In this document: positions 44,773 to 58,952 of the stretch, one piece after another
Numbering within the stretch: the stretch's first letter is position 1
Layout of the letters: each line of letters starts with the position of its first letter
From: Chrysomallon squamiferum
Lineage: Eukaryota > Animalia > Mollusca
Reading direction: 5' to 3'
DNA: 64,000 bases
Assembly (NCBI GenBank): GCA_012295275.1
Contig: CM022679.1
Span: 14,880,001-14,944,000 of the forward strand
Translations under genes and position numbers: made by a program
Notes under the pieces: generated by a model
What the model was told of the DNA's origin: nothing
Seen by the model: the letters and a program-made list of their open reading frames with translations, nothing else
Database searches by the model: none

Positions 44773-45407
44773 TAAAAATATATAGAAACAAAAATGAAGG
44801 GGAATAAGTAAAGTATGAGGTTTCTTAAGGTGAAGAGTGATGTAATTCTTGTAAATTTAATGTGGTGGACTAAAGTGTATTTATTTAAATAGTAAGGTTC
44901 TTGTATATTTGTTAAGGTTTAGTTTAATACTTGTTTCGATGTTCAGGAACCATTTTAAAGCAATTATAGCATAAAATATTAAAGATAATTTCTGTGGGGT
45001 TTATTTTGTATCGCCTTCATTTAATATAAATTTGTAAACAAATTTGCAGTAAGTACTTCTGATAAAATACCAAAGAGAATGTTTAATGAATATTTTAAAA
45101 GTGGAATGGATGCTAATTGGTGGTTATTGGTTTGAAGTATTAATTTTTAAGGAGAGTGGTATTTCAAGTTAAAAAGAGTCTACAAAGAGAAGACAATGGA
45201 ATAATCCCTCAAGATGATCTCATACTAACCAGCCAGATAAATTTCAAGAATTTCTTTAGCCCAAAATGACATTCCAGTCCTGGTTTGGAAACAAGCTGTC
45301 CCAGAAAGACAAAAAACCAAAAACCAAAAATATATTTGTATATATATATATGTATATGTATATATATATGTGTGTGTAAAATAGGAACCCCTTTTTTTTA
45401 ATTTTTT

Positions 45408-45439
<32 letters not shown>

Positions 45440-48400
45440 TATTTATTTTCTTTAATTTTTTGTTACTTTTTATCCTTTTGAGGTTTCTTTTCAGGAGGCA
45501 TACAAATTGTAGTTTGGCAATTCCTGTTTGTTTTGTCTTCGGCAAAATGTTAGAACCCGCCAGTGAGAATTTGATGGGTGGGAGAAAGCAGCTTCAGAGG
45601 GGATGATAATGTTTACCATGATACGTTTTGACCAAACCATTGTGTAGCACAGCATCTTAACACTGTCTAACCTGTTTTTCAGGTTGACGAGGAAACCACA
45701 GAGAGCGGAACAGAAGAAAAGAATGACCCAACTCATCATGCTTTGCTGGATCCAAAGTCAATGAAGGTTTGAATTTAATAAACATTTATAATGGCAGTGT
45801 TGTGATTAGCAAGTGTCATTCCGAAAATTTCAGCAGACTGATTTTAGAACAGATTTTGATGCAGGGGAGATAAAAACAGTTAGCAAGGGGGCTAAACATC
45901 TAAAACAAAAATATAGAACTGTCTTAATCATTTTTATTTTTTAAATATCTTAAACATTTGTCTACATAAACTATTTACTTACTACCATTCTCTTTTTATT
46001 TGTTTTTAAATTTTAAGGATAAAAACAAAAAACTTTCACTATCAGAAAACAAAAATTGGCATAATTTCACTTCAGACTTTTAATTTGCATAGGCCTACTC
46101 CGTGAATCTGTTGAAATTAGAGGTAATAGTATCAAAGCAGTCTTTATTAATGAGAAAACCCCACCTCGTATATGTTTGTTTATAACTAGTGATGACATTT
46201 TAAACATTTTGTTTTAACAGATTATTGATCTCCGACGAGAACTTGAAAGCAGAACTTTGAGTTCGAAAGGTCTCAAGTCACAGCTAATTGCTCGTCTCAC
46301 TAAAACTATCAAACAGGAGAAGGAAGACGAAAGTGAGCAGAAGAATGTGAGTTTCATTGATATTAATCACTGGTTTTTCTTTCTTGATAATAAAAAGAAT
46401 CGATGAATAATAACATAAATAAGTAAACTTTCAAATATGAAGCCAAATGATATGCATTCATTCATTAGATCACAAAACAGATGCTAACAGAGATTTTAAT
46501 GTTATCTCTTCACATCAAACTTTAGTTAAATTGCCACATTTAGCATGTATCTTGCCATGCCAAACATAACCTTTGAGATTGACAGTTTTGAAAAAAAATT
46601 CAGTTATGACCATAAAATGATGAAAAACATATCTATAACATTATTCTTATGATCAATGATGCCATCTCTTATATATCTGAAAAATGATCATTGAAATTGT
46701 AATGTGTCTACAGTGATCCCAGTGCACTTAAAACATTGGTGTCATTTACTGGAAGTGTAGATGCTTTCACTTGGCAGTGTACTTGTGGTTGAGTAACTCA
46801 GTGATGTTTTTATTCAGGTTCCCGCAGAGCCAGTGAAAGATGAGATGGATGATGATGATGACAAAGACACAGAGATAAAGAAAGAGGTGAACATTTCTTA
46901 AAAATATCAGCAAAATTTTATTTATATTATTTATTTACATATACATTTAACTTTGTGATTACCACACAAAATAAATAAATACATAAATCATCACAGGTCT
47001 AATATATGTAAATGTCTGTATAATGTTTTGTTTAGTAATCAAAATTCTGTGACATGTTTAAACATTTCACATTAAAGCTACTATTAATCAAGAATCATGA
47101 AATGAGCAATTAATAATTTGAATTGTAATTTATTCAAATATTTAGCAACATTTCGTAACATTTCGTTTAAAGCAGACAAAATTGTGTTTATAGAAATATG
47201 TAATTAATTCTACCAAAAATGAATATCTTTGAGTTTTAAAAAAATATATGTCAGGAAATTAAACTGTTTCACTGTATGTTAAATTTATGCAAGAATTATT
47301 TACCAGACTCAATAAACTTTGATACATATATTTTACATATAAGTTAGTGTATTATTCCATGGTATGGGTATATCGGTTTATTATGCAGAATGGGAAACCA
47401 TCCATAAAATCAAATGTATTTTAACATGATCATAACTTTTAATTTCATAGATTGCTTTAACCAATTATAGTTCACGAAAAATTGTTTGTTGTGCAAAAAT
47501 TACTAATCAGTCTCAATCAACTTTAATAACAAGTTAAAAATACAAAATATAAATAAAGTAAGACTATACATACATAAATTTATTATCGATAATTCAGTGT
47601 TTACTGCTAGTTTTTTAAATTGATTTATTTATATATTTTAAATTTTGCAGCAGGAAGAAGATAAGAAGAGAAAAGAAAAACGAGAAAAAGCAAACCTTGA
47701 AAGGAAATACGCATTGCCTGATCATTCGTCAATCATCATTCATCCTTCTCCGACTGCAAAGAATGGCAAGTTTGACTGTTGTCTGATGTCTCTCAGTGTC
47801 CTCCTTGATTACAGACCTGAAGACAACAAGGAACATTCCTTTGAGGTAAGAGTTCAGAAGACATCAAGGCAATAACTTGCAGTCGTTCCAGCATGTAATA
47901 ATAGTTTTTATTTCAAATAATAATTACTCCCAGTCACTTACTGTTAGAACATTCTGAATTGAAAGTTATGTAAATAAATAAATCATCTGTTATGACTGTT
48001 TCTGAACCAAAAGGCCACCTTCTTATAACTGATAGAAACAAAAGTGTTTAGAAACAAAGAAAGAAGGAAGGAAATGTGATTTATTTTATTAAAAAATATT
48101 GTTATAGGTTATATCTTAATTCACAAAACAAAAATGTATTTATTACAGTATGATTCTACCCAAGCTGAATGGAAAACCATCCATAAAGTTAAATTTGTAT
48201 TGAAGTGATAGTAACTTTTAATTACCTACATTTTTTAAATCCATTTCAATTCAACAAAATTGTTTTATTTTTAGGTTTCACTGTTTGCTGAGTTGTTTAA
48301 TGAAATGCTGATGAGGGATTTTGGTTTCCAAATCTACAAAATGCTCTACTATGCACCTCCTCAGAAAGAAGAAGAAAAGAAAGACAAGAAGGAAGACAAA

Positions 48401-49946
48401 GATGAAAAGAAAGATGACAAAAAGGAAAAAAGCTCAGAAAAGGTTAGTGTTTTTTTAATCTTTTTGTTAATTTACAATTTTTATCAAATCATGGGCCCAT
48501 TCCATTTACAGGTAGCCAAAATGGGTTTTAGATTACTAATTAATTCATAATAATTAATATATAATTTACAGAAGTACTTTATTTTTATTTATTTATTTAT
48601 TTTCTTTTAAATAAATAAATAAAAATAAATAAAATATTTTTGGAAATTAAAGAGAAAAAAGAAGCTGTTTCTGGGATTAATGGGATTAATAAAATTGTTT
48701 AAAAAAACCAATAATTCTCATGGACTGCAGAAAATTTTTAAAACTAATTCTTTCTGAATGTCAAACTGAAAACTTATCATCACCTTTCCTCCAGATATTA
48801 CTCAACTGAGATCAGAAGAAAAAGAAAATGTATATATATTTTCAGAAAAACAAAACCTGATAGATTTGTGAAAACAACCATATTTATTATATTTTATTTT
48901 TTTTAAATATCATTATTACTTTCACAAGCCAGCATTCTTGTAAAATATTTTATGAAGATATTTTGTTTTAAGAAAAAGAAATTATTATTTTTAGGATACA
49001 AGCACTCCTACAAAGAAAAGAAAAATTGACGAGGATGAAAAAGTGGTAAATATACTTACTTAAATTTTCTCCATTCACTGTTGCTGTTATGTACTTAACT
49101 TAAAACTAAAATGTTATGAAACAGGTTTTTACCTTTCACCTGTCAGTATGTTGTTATACATATAATACACCGAAAATTCATCCTTAAAAAACTGAAGTTA
49201 ATTTGTTTCTCATAATATATTTTTGTGTAAAATTCCGACTTTTGAGACACCTTTCTTTTTATCATTACTTTGTCTTGTGTAATTTGGAAAAGTTGATGCA
49301 CTTTCCTGTAAATATCTATGAAATTATTAATTATTATCTGTTGGGGATAAGCATGCAGTTTATTTGATGTCCAAAACAACAACAATCTTGAAATTTACTG
49401 TATTTACTATGAATTTAATATCTGCCTTGCTTGTAAGATAATTGTACCTTACTGTGGGCTCACTTAAGAACAACAACAAAATAAAAATATATATATATAA
49501 AACTGAGAAGTATTGTTATCAGTGTAATAAAATTTACAAGATGGTCTGAGGGTAAAATTTGTTTAATTTCAGGATGAGAAGGATAAGTCAACGATTGATG
49601 ATAAAAAGATTTCAGACGATCGTGAGGAAGATATGGAAGAGGCTGATGAATTCGATGAGGTAAGTGTCTAGATTTTTTTTTTAAATAATCAATGTAGAAT
49701 ATTCTTGAATATTTTTATCAGAATATTTGATGATGATTATTTTATTAAGCTTTTTTTTTTTTTTTTCTAAAATTCGAATTAAACATTTGGACTATTTTCA
49801 AATTGGATAAAATAGAACATGTAATATGAATTTGTTTTTGTTTTTGAATTATTATTTTTTTCACTTATATTGCTTTTATTAATTGATAGTATTTTGTTTC
49901 AGGGATATATTGTTAGAACCATATGTGTGTGTGTGTGTGTATATAT

Positions 49947-49997
<51 letters not shown>

Positions 49998-52798
49998 ACT
50001 TTTATTTTACAGGCTGACAAAAATGATGATGATGATTCTGATAAAAGAGATAAAGGTGAATTTTGAATTATTCATATAAGTTCATTTATTTGTTTATTTC
50101 CAAATATGATTAAATTTATATATATATGTATATATCATTTTAATTATCTCAACAAATCAGTGTCAGTACGTGTAGTGACTCAGTCTCTAATGACTTTTAG
50201 AAATCCTTAGTGGCCTACTGATCAAGTCACTGAATTTTAGATGTGTAATGTCAGAAGTATGTCCTACCAGAACTATTTGAAAAGACATATTCTTATTATT
50301 ATTATGTTATTACTGTTATTGTTATTGTTATTCTGTCTCTCTCACTAATCAGAAAATCAAATGAACTCAGGTATTAAATAACAAGACAGACAAACTTAGA
50401 TTTTAACATGTCCTCAATACAAGAATAAAACAGATGAGCTAGAATCTTCACTGGATGTTTCAAATGACAGAGTGATTGCTTTTCAGACAAAAAAGACAAA
50501 GACAAGAAGGACAAGAAGAAGAAGTTTGTCACAGTTCATCCAGAGTTACTTCTGTCCTTTGTCTACTTTGATCAGAACCACACAGGATACCTGCTAGACA
50601 AGGATCTAGAAGAGCTGGTTCAGACTCTAGGACTGCACTTATCCAGGGCTCAGGTATAGTCAACAATACAGGTTGAAAATCCCTTGTAACAATATTTCAG
50701 ATTTTGTAATACATGGAAATGGCCTGAGAACACAGTTTAAGTCTAATTACAAATTCCGTTTAAATTTTATGCAGGGCTTGTACACTATTTTAAATGATTT
50801 TATGCATCAAGTAAGTTTGTATGTGCAATACAATCTGAAAACTATAAGATATCACTGATTCTGCTGCTTGGAAAAAGTTGTTAGTTTTGGAATTTCAGAT
50901 GAGGAATATTCAACATGTATTCAACTCAGTCTTTTCAGTAGAATTGTTTGAACGCTCTTAATAGAAGAAGCTTGTTAAGTTGGGTTTTTTAAAAATATAT
51001 ATATACTCAGCCTTTAGGTACAATTGTAATGATAACTTCCATTAAACTATATCTTTCAGGGATATGTTATCAATGGTTAGAATTTATCAGTGACTTAGAA
51101 CAAACATAAACCATTGTTACATACCTTTTAATAACTCATAATACATTAAAGTCTATGATAGATGAAAATGGTATAGCTTTCAAAAATTTAAAGTATTTTA
51201 GTGTAGTTTCAGTAATTTGTATTTATCATTTATCTGATAGTTACTTACTGAAGTTGGTAATATATGAAATATATACAAATTAAAATCATTTTAAGAAGCA
51301 TCACATTCTGATTTCTGAACACTGAATGACTTGTTTTTTTTCAAAACAACAAAAAGAAATAAACTGATTTCTGTTTGCAGATAAAGAAGCTGGTTCAGAA
51401 AGTAGTGACTCGCGATACTTTCAACTACCGAAAGTTCACAGACAAACCAGCTTCCAACTTGGAAACCGACTCGAAAGAGGACAAACTTATCTCCTCTGTA
51501 AATGCAAATGAAGATTTGAGTGTTGGTCAGTATCAATAGGTGTATTTTGTTACTGTTTTAATTATGTTACTTTGAATATTTACTGTATGTATTTTTATTT
51601 TTATTTAATATACTTAGTGTGTATGTATGTGTGCATGAGAGGAAAGGAAAGGTGAAAATCATTTTGACATGAATGAGTAGAAGTTAGTAAACTTTGCAGT
51701 GTTGCTAGGTTATTTTGTTTTTTAAATTTATAAATGGGTAGGATAGTTTCTGCTTTATTTTTACGCCATAATCCTCTTTAACAAGGTTTTTGTTTTATTT
51801 GATTTTATTTATTTATTTACTGTACCAGCTTTCTGAAAAAGAAAAAAGATATTAGACACGTAGTAATGACAGCTGTTACTCAAAATGTACATTTCATTTT
51901 ATTGTGCAGGAAATCTTGAACTGTTGAATAAAGCCAGAAGTGGCTCGTCGTCGAAGTGTGAAAAAGTGGCAGCTGGCAAGAAAGACCCAGCGTCAAACAT
52001 CGTCAACTACAAGGGTGCCTTGCTGGACATTGACAGCTTGATGCAGAGGCTGGACAAAAGTGAGCAGTCGAGAACAGCGCTAGAGAAGAAACTCGAAGAG
52101 ATGACTGCAGAGATCTGTAAGTTCCATGTTTTGATTCTTTTAATTTATTTTTAATCACTACAGAAACAAGAACATCAGGTGCCACATAAGGTGCATCTTT
52201 ACAAATAAGGTTATCATGTAAAAGTTTAAAAAATACACACGATTTCTTAATTTTTTTATGTTAACAAAGCTTACATTTACTTGTTATTAGGCATAAATAA
52301 TTTAAAATAATGAAAATTAAGATTCTGATAAAATAATAATATGTCTTTTTAGTGTGTTTGTTTTTTGTAGGTTTTTTAACCAACTGAAATAGATTTAATT
52401 TTTAGTTTTAAAAATAACTTGATTGGATGAAATATTATTTTTAGTCAAAAAATTGAAACAGTAATTTTTGGAAAAATATAATTCTCTAATTTTTTTATTT
52501 ATTTATGTATTTGTTTCTTTGTTTGCTTTATCTTATTATTTTTATTTTTATTTTTATAGTTGCCATGAAAAGCAATTTAAACAACAGCGAGTTTTCTGAG
52601 CAGAAACTAGCAGCTGAATTACGCCAGGTGAAAAGTGACTTAGAAACTAAATCTAGTCTTTATGCAGAGGCAGAAAAGTGTAACAAGAAGTGGACTAAAG
52701 TGGTCAAAGAATGCAGAAATCTTGTTTCAACTGCACTCAATTCCATGAACTCAGTTTTACAAAGTGAAGGTGCATCAGTTAAACAGGAATCCGAATAA
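37404..52798 (+). CDS. CCAR1: Cell division cycle and apoptosis regulator 1 (S1-like, DBC1, SAP, EF-hand-like, coiled coil)
   Basis: Start MASQFGTAKNPPW. Phase-consistent exons: 37404-37452, 37745-37917, 38494-38705, 39223-39343, 39681-39855, 40145-40409, 41028-41253, 41677-41948, 44451-44661, 45683-45766, 46221-46346, 46818-46886, 47651-47845, 48275-48442, 48995-49045, 49573-49659, 50013-50055, 50487-50653, 51381-51525, 51910-52116, 52560-52798. Hallmarks: QRVFTGTITKLHDNFGFVDEDVFFQ, MPFKWNA, MAIGGAWSPSLDGPDP, SAP domain (DLRRELESRTLSSKGLKSQLIARL), LLDYRPEDNKEHSFEVSLFAELFNEML. Confidence 0.97.
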
Positions 52799-53132
52799 TG
52801 ATAACTTATATTAAAAAAAAAAAATTGTTTTATTATTTCCATCATCATTATTATTATTTGTTATTTATTTTATACTTTTATTTATAATCATCATTATTAA
52901 ATTAAAACAAAAATTTGTTATTGGTGTAAATGGATGGCACTCAGTTTCATGAACTCAGTTTTACAAAATGAAGTGCTTCATTTAACCAGGAATAATCCAA
53001 ATAATGATAACTTGTGTTAAACTTTATTAATTTTCTTATTTCCATTATAATTATTATTTGTTATTTATTTTATACATTTATTTATATCATCATTATTATA
53101 ATAAATAAAAATTTGTTATTGGTGTAAATGGA
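52733..53132 (+). repeat. ~204-bp tandem duplication spanning the CCAR1 stop codon
   Basis: gcactca..catgaactcagttttacaaa...aataatgataactt...aatttgttattggtgtaaatgga at 52733 and 52937. Confidence 0.9.
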
Positions 53133-53608
53133 ACTGAGAATACTTTAACTATAATCTGATTGTGTGCAAGAGTGAGAGATATTTCAAAACATGAGAGCTA
53201 GAATGTCATACAAATCAGATAGAGATATTAAAACCTCTTCATTCTTTTTATTTTTTTTTTATTTTTATTTTTTTTTTGTCAAGTTGGGAAGATTGGTGGT
53301 GGTTAGGTTTATCTTAATAAAACAACATTCATTTTTTAAATTTGTTTAAGTGTATACTAAATGCATTAGGTCACATAAGTGTTCAGTGGCAGTGATGGAA
53401 GTGATAACGGTCTGGTTAATTTAAATATAAAACTATTACAATATTATGGTCACAGTTATGGGATTATTTTGGCTGGTACAGAGTTAAAAGAAAAAACTGG
53501 GTGAAGTTGTAGACATAGAGCATGGTTGAAATGCAGTTTGCAAGGTTTTGGTTGCACTTAAAACAATGATGTGGTTTAGATTACGCTTATGGCATGTAGA
53601 TGGTAAAA

Positions 53609-54205
53609 TTACATTTCAGACATCTTCATGGTTTAGATGACAATTCGGACATCTTCATGGTTTAGATGACATTTCAGACATCTTCATTGTTTAGATGACA
53701 TTTCAGACCTGTTCATGGTTTAGATTACATTTCAGACATTCATTGTTTAGATGACATTTCAGACATTCATTGTTTAGATGATATATTTCAGACATCTCAA
53801 TGGTTGACATTTCAGACATTCATTGTTTAGATGATATTTTTCAGACATCTTCATGGTTGACATTTCAGACATTCATTGTTTAGATTACATTTCAGATATC
53901 TTCATGGTTTGCATTTCAGACATTCATTGTTTAGATGATATTTTTCAGACATCTCAATGGTTGACATTTCAGACATTCATTGTTTAGATGATATTTTTCA
54001 GACATCTTCATGGTTGACATTTCAGACATTCATTGTTTAGATTACATTTGAGACATCTTCATGGTTTGCATTTCAGACATTCATTGTTTAGATGATATTT
54101 TTCAGACATCTTCATGGTTTACATTTCAGACATTCATTGTTTAGATGTCTTCATGGTTTAGATTACATTTCAAACATGTTCATAGTTTCGTGGTTTAGGT
54201 GACAT
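53609..54205. repeat. ~26-29-bp minisatellite in the CCAR1 3' region
   Basis: Unit gacatttcagacatcttcatggtttagat and variants, roughly 20 copies. Confidence 0.95.
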
Positions 54206-54879
54206 TCTGTTATCTATTTGGTTAAGATTAATACACAGATCCGCATGGAACTGTTACTGTTACGTGGTTTTAGTAAAAACTGATATTAAACTTACACATG
54301 CTGTACGTTCTACAACCTACTGATTGATAATAGAACTTTTTTTACATTTATAAAATCAAGTAAAATTGTTTTATTTTTAATTTGTTTGGGTTCTCTTTTT
54401 ATTTTAATTATTATTAATTTGAAACATACTAATAATAATCCATATTAAAACACTTACTAATTTTTATTAAGTGAACTCAGAAATATATCATTTCCTGTTC
54501 ATTTTAGAGCAGAGATGTTTTTTTATTATTTGTTTATTTTATTTTATTTTATTTTATTTTATTTTGTTTTGTTTTATTTATTATTTTATTATCTGTTCAT
54601 TTTGTTTTGCCTATACAAAAAGTGATCACTAGTTAAAGTGTTAAAAATAAAGAAATTTCTTCCAACTACAGTATCTTGGTGTTGATCACATGTTAAAAAA
54701 TATAAAGTGGTTACAAGGCATTTCAACTGTTCACATTGAACACAGTTATTGTACTTTACTGGTACACATAATAAAAATTGTGTGTCTGTTATCGAAATAC
54801 AAAACATATACAATATTCTTGTGATGAAAAAATATTTATATCCTTAAACAGAAAATAAAAGTCTTGGTGCATCGGTGAT

Positions 54880-57439
54880 TGGGCCTGGTTTGAGCGTAAT
54901 TTAAGTCTCAGATCATAAATTGATTCTTTTTTTTTTTTTTCACCTGGTGTATATTATCCCCACTATATTTTTATAATTTGAATGATTTTCCTGCAGATGT
55001 ACAAATAGAAGTGAGTTGTCACTTTCATTGTATGTGGTTTCTACCTCATTTTCAAATTGGTCTTGTTTTTGAACTCAGTGTTTGTTTAAATCGCATTACA
55101 CGGCACCACTTGTTAAATAATTTCAAAAATTCCATCCCCTTTGTAACAAAGATTATTTGTAAATTTTGTGTGAATATTGAAGATTAATGAACATAGTCTG
55201 TAAGAATGATTTAGATTATATTTATCTGTGTATTTCACTTTATTTTTTATTATTTTTTGAGAGATTGAGAGAAAAAGAATGTGTGTTTTTATTCATTCTT
55301 ACTTGGCAACACTAAACCAGAATATTTCATTAACTGAATAAGAACTTGTGTAAAGTTCTGTTTTTTGTGCTTACCATTTTCACAAATTATCACAAATTCA
55401 TTCTACCATATGAGAATGGAAAAAAGTCTAAACGAAAGACATCCCTCTGCACGTTTTTAAGATATTTATTAAATTAAACTTTTATTTAAAAATAAAACTT
55501 TATTCATATATACAAGACACTGTGCAATAATCAAAAAACAAGATATTAAAAATGTATAAAAGATCATTTGTCTTACAAGAAGTATTTCACTGTTAGAAAC
55601 AAATGATTAAAGACTATGCATTTGTAAGTTTAGCAGCTAAACATAATATTAATTTTAACATACGTTCATTACTGTTGATTTAGAACTTTGTCCAATATGG
55701 AACCAGTGTCTGTTTTGCTAAGTTGTACATGAACATTTAGATGTGGACAGAAACATCTTGTGAACTGAGCAGCATGAATAGTTCTCCTTAGTTTAATATT
55801 TACAGTTGTAAGAAGCACAGACAACTGTAACTGTAAAGTGGGTGCTATAGGTAATTAAAAGAAAGTTACTTTACACTAGGAAAAGATGGAAAGCACAGTG
55901 ATAATATTTCTTTTTTTTTTTCTTTCATTGTTTTTTCTCACAGAGCTTTGGTTTTGGATTTGTTAGATAATTATATTAACGTAGGTCTAGACCATAAACT
56001 AAACACGTAAATAGAAATGTGATTAACTTTTAGAAATTGACTATCATATAAACACTGATCTGTTTTACTGAACAGTACAAAAACTGATGATGTTTTCTTT
56101 AGTTATAAAATTATTATTGGAAACTGCTGTGCACATCTGCAATATGTGATTGTCTAAAAAATGTACTGTGACAACACAGGAAGAACCAAAGAGAAAATTA
56201 ATACATAAGAATGATGTGAAGTTTCGAAAATTAATCTGTTAACAATAAATAAAGTTTATGGAATAATCAAAATTCATTATAATTCCTGTACCTTCCATTT
56301 GTAAGGGAAAAAAAAAAATATATATATATATAAATATTTTTAAGAGATCAACTCATTGCTGTGTTACAGTTCATTGCAATATGATTTTGACCACGTTGTT
56401 TGCTTGCTTTGAAATTTAAAATATTTTCTGTGTTAACAAGTTTGAAATGTATTCAGTACATATGTTCATCACAGCCATAAAAAGTTTACATTTTATATCT
56501 TTTCATTGCATTCTTGTTTCTGTTTCCGTGACTTTCTTAAAAATTTCAGAATTGTTCGCCTTTTGCCTTAAATTATTAAACTTGATTTCTCAGACTGCAG
56601 TTTGATAAATAACATCACAATTAATTAGTAAAATTAGATTTACATAGAAATTTAAATTTTTTAAATAAATAAATAAATAAATGCTAGTATACCACATAAT
56701 TATTTGTAATATAACAGAGGTAATTTAGAACCAGTAATTGTTAATCAAATCATGAATTACTCGATTAATTCACACATTATTCACTTGAACAGGATAGTAC
56801 AATTTTTCACAGTTACCCGTTTCAGTTTATTATTTATTGTCTTTTCTCAATGTTCTGTGCCGATGGTTTTCACACTTCGTAATCAGTGAAAAGAGTTGGA
56901 GAATTCAGACTGAAATTAGAAACATCGTTTATTATCTGTTCATGACATGATTGAGAAAACAACTAATATTACTCGTTTGTTCGTAGAACTGTGTTGGTTT
57001 ATGCTTTCGATAAGCCTTTGTTTTGTTGAAAGAATTTTCCTGTATTCCCCTACATGGCAGCTGTTTAGACGATACCTGACACCAACAATTTATCACGGAG
57101 TTGACACTTTAATCAAAAATTAAAAAATATATATATGTGTGTATATATAAATAATATTTTCTTAAAAAATGTACGACACATAGTGTGTGTGTGTGTGTTT
57201 CAAAGATTGTTATTGATTTAACGTTGTAATTTGATTTTTGAAATTCTCTGTGAAACTGTACAAGCATGGTGTAATGAAACTTTTGTTTATGAAATGTAAA
57301 ATTTTAATGTATGTATGTATGCAAATATACATAAATTACGTTTCTTGATGAATAGTATAAAAGGGATCTCAGTTTACATAGTAAAAGAGTTGTATATCTT
57401 AACCGCATATTTGTTGTGTTTTTTTTTCAATTAAAAAAA

Positions 57440-57486
<47 letters not shown>

Positions 57487-57998
57487 TAATAATAATTATA
57501 ATAATAATAATAACAATAATAACAGTAATAATAATAGTAATAATAATAATAAAAATAAATAAATAAATAAATAATAATAATAAATTTATGAAAATTAAAG
57601 ATGGTGAGCTAGTGTTTCCTTAAACTACTTGTTGCCATTCATCTGCAGTGAAATTTCCTTATAATTACGGTTTAATTCACCCGAAAATAATTTCTTTGGG
57701 CGACCACGTAACCTGTTTTAACAACTGCTGATGTAGGATGTCGTATAGTGTATTATGCTTCATAATTTTATTTAATGTTTCATATTTTTGTTCAGCTATT
57801 ACAGTAGATAGTCATGTTAGTTACAACATATTTAAAAATAATTTTACATTTTATTAATATTATTTTAAAAGATATTTATTTATTTATTTATTTATTATCT
57901 CTTTCAATAACTATTAAATTTATATAAATTATAAAACAAAAATCACAGTAAAAGTAAATCAATTTTCGTATATTTTTTTTCTATCATTATTATTATTG

Positions 57999-58029
<31 letters not shown>

Positions 58030-58902
58030 ACAAATTCCATACAAATTAAACATAATTTTTATATTTATAACTTTTTTTTATAAAATGAATGTTTTATGAA
58101 TTGGTAATTATAATTGACAGCTTTGAATAAATATGCAACTTATGTGACAAAAAAAAAATAAAGAAATAAAATGAAAGAATAATTTAAAGAAAAGAAAAAG
58201 AAAGGAAAACAATAAATCAAATTAAATATTGATGAAATTAAGTAAATACGTTTGATATTGAGTTACCAATTTTTTGATAAAGAAGAAAAATGTTGATTAT
58301 AGTGAATATATATATTTATATTTTAAATGTCATTGATATTCAAAAGAAGCAATAGTAATAATAATTATAATAATAATAACAACATAAATAAAGCGATATA
58401 GGATATCTTGTTTAATTTTGAAAGTTTGTGAACATTTTATTTTCAGATTAGAGTGCATTTGCTGTCTTTTTATTCTTTTTTTATTTTTGTCGAGAACGAA
58501 TTTGATTAAATTGATTCTTAATTTTATATATCATTTACCTTTTTTATTTTTAGGCTTGCAAACAAAATTTGTCAGTGAAATTACATTTAATTTAGACAGG
58601 TACACACATAATATTGTTCCATCTTTTACAACAGATATTATAAAAATATAAATAATTACCAGTAACGTTAGTGAGTCCATCATATAAAATCGTAAATTAA
58701 AACTTTACATTAAATCAAATTTAAAAAAAAAACAAAAATTCAAAATTCAAATTATGTGTTACAATTATATAACAACATTTTTTCAATGGAAATAAGGAAA
58801 GAGCGTCATTATCAGTAAAGTAGATGACAGGTTTTTAATGTCTTTTGAACGTTTTAAATTTAGTAATTTGTTGGCCTGTTAAAATCATTAGAAAGTATAT
58901 TA

Positions 58903-58952
<50 letters not shown>

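Noticed and set aside
46617-46680. C/D-like box set (AUGAUGA...AUGA..AUGAUG...CUGA) in a CCAR1 intron; vertebrate CCAR1 hosts SNORD98
   Set aside because: Weak terminal stem and no recognisable rRNA complement of 10 nt or more; a snoscan run could revive it.
47350-47410. AAACCAT as a U17/snR30 m2 motif, and ATTATTCCATG as an 18S guide
   Set aside because: No AUAUUCCUA m1, no ACA at the required spacing and no adjacent D box.
53609-54205. CRISPR-like array
   Set aside because: No unique spacers and a eukaryotic context; it is a minisatellite.
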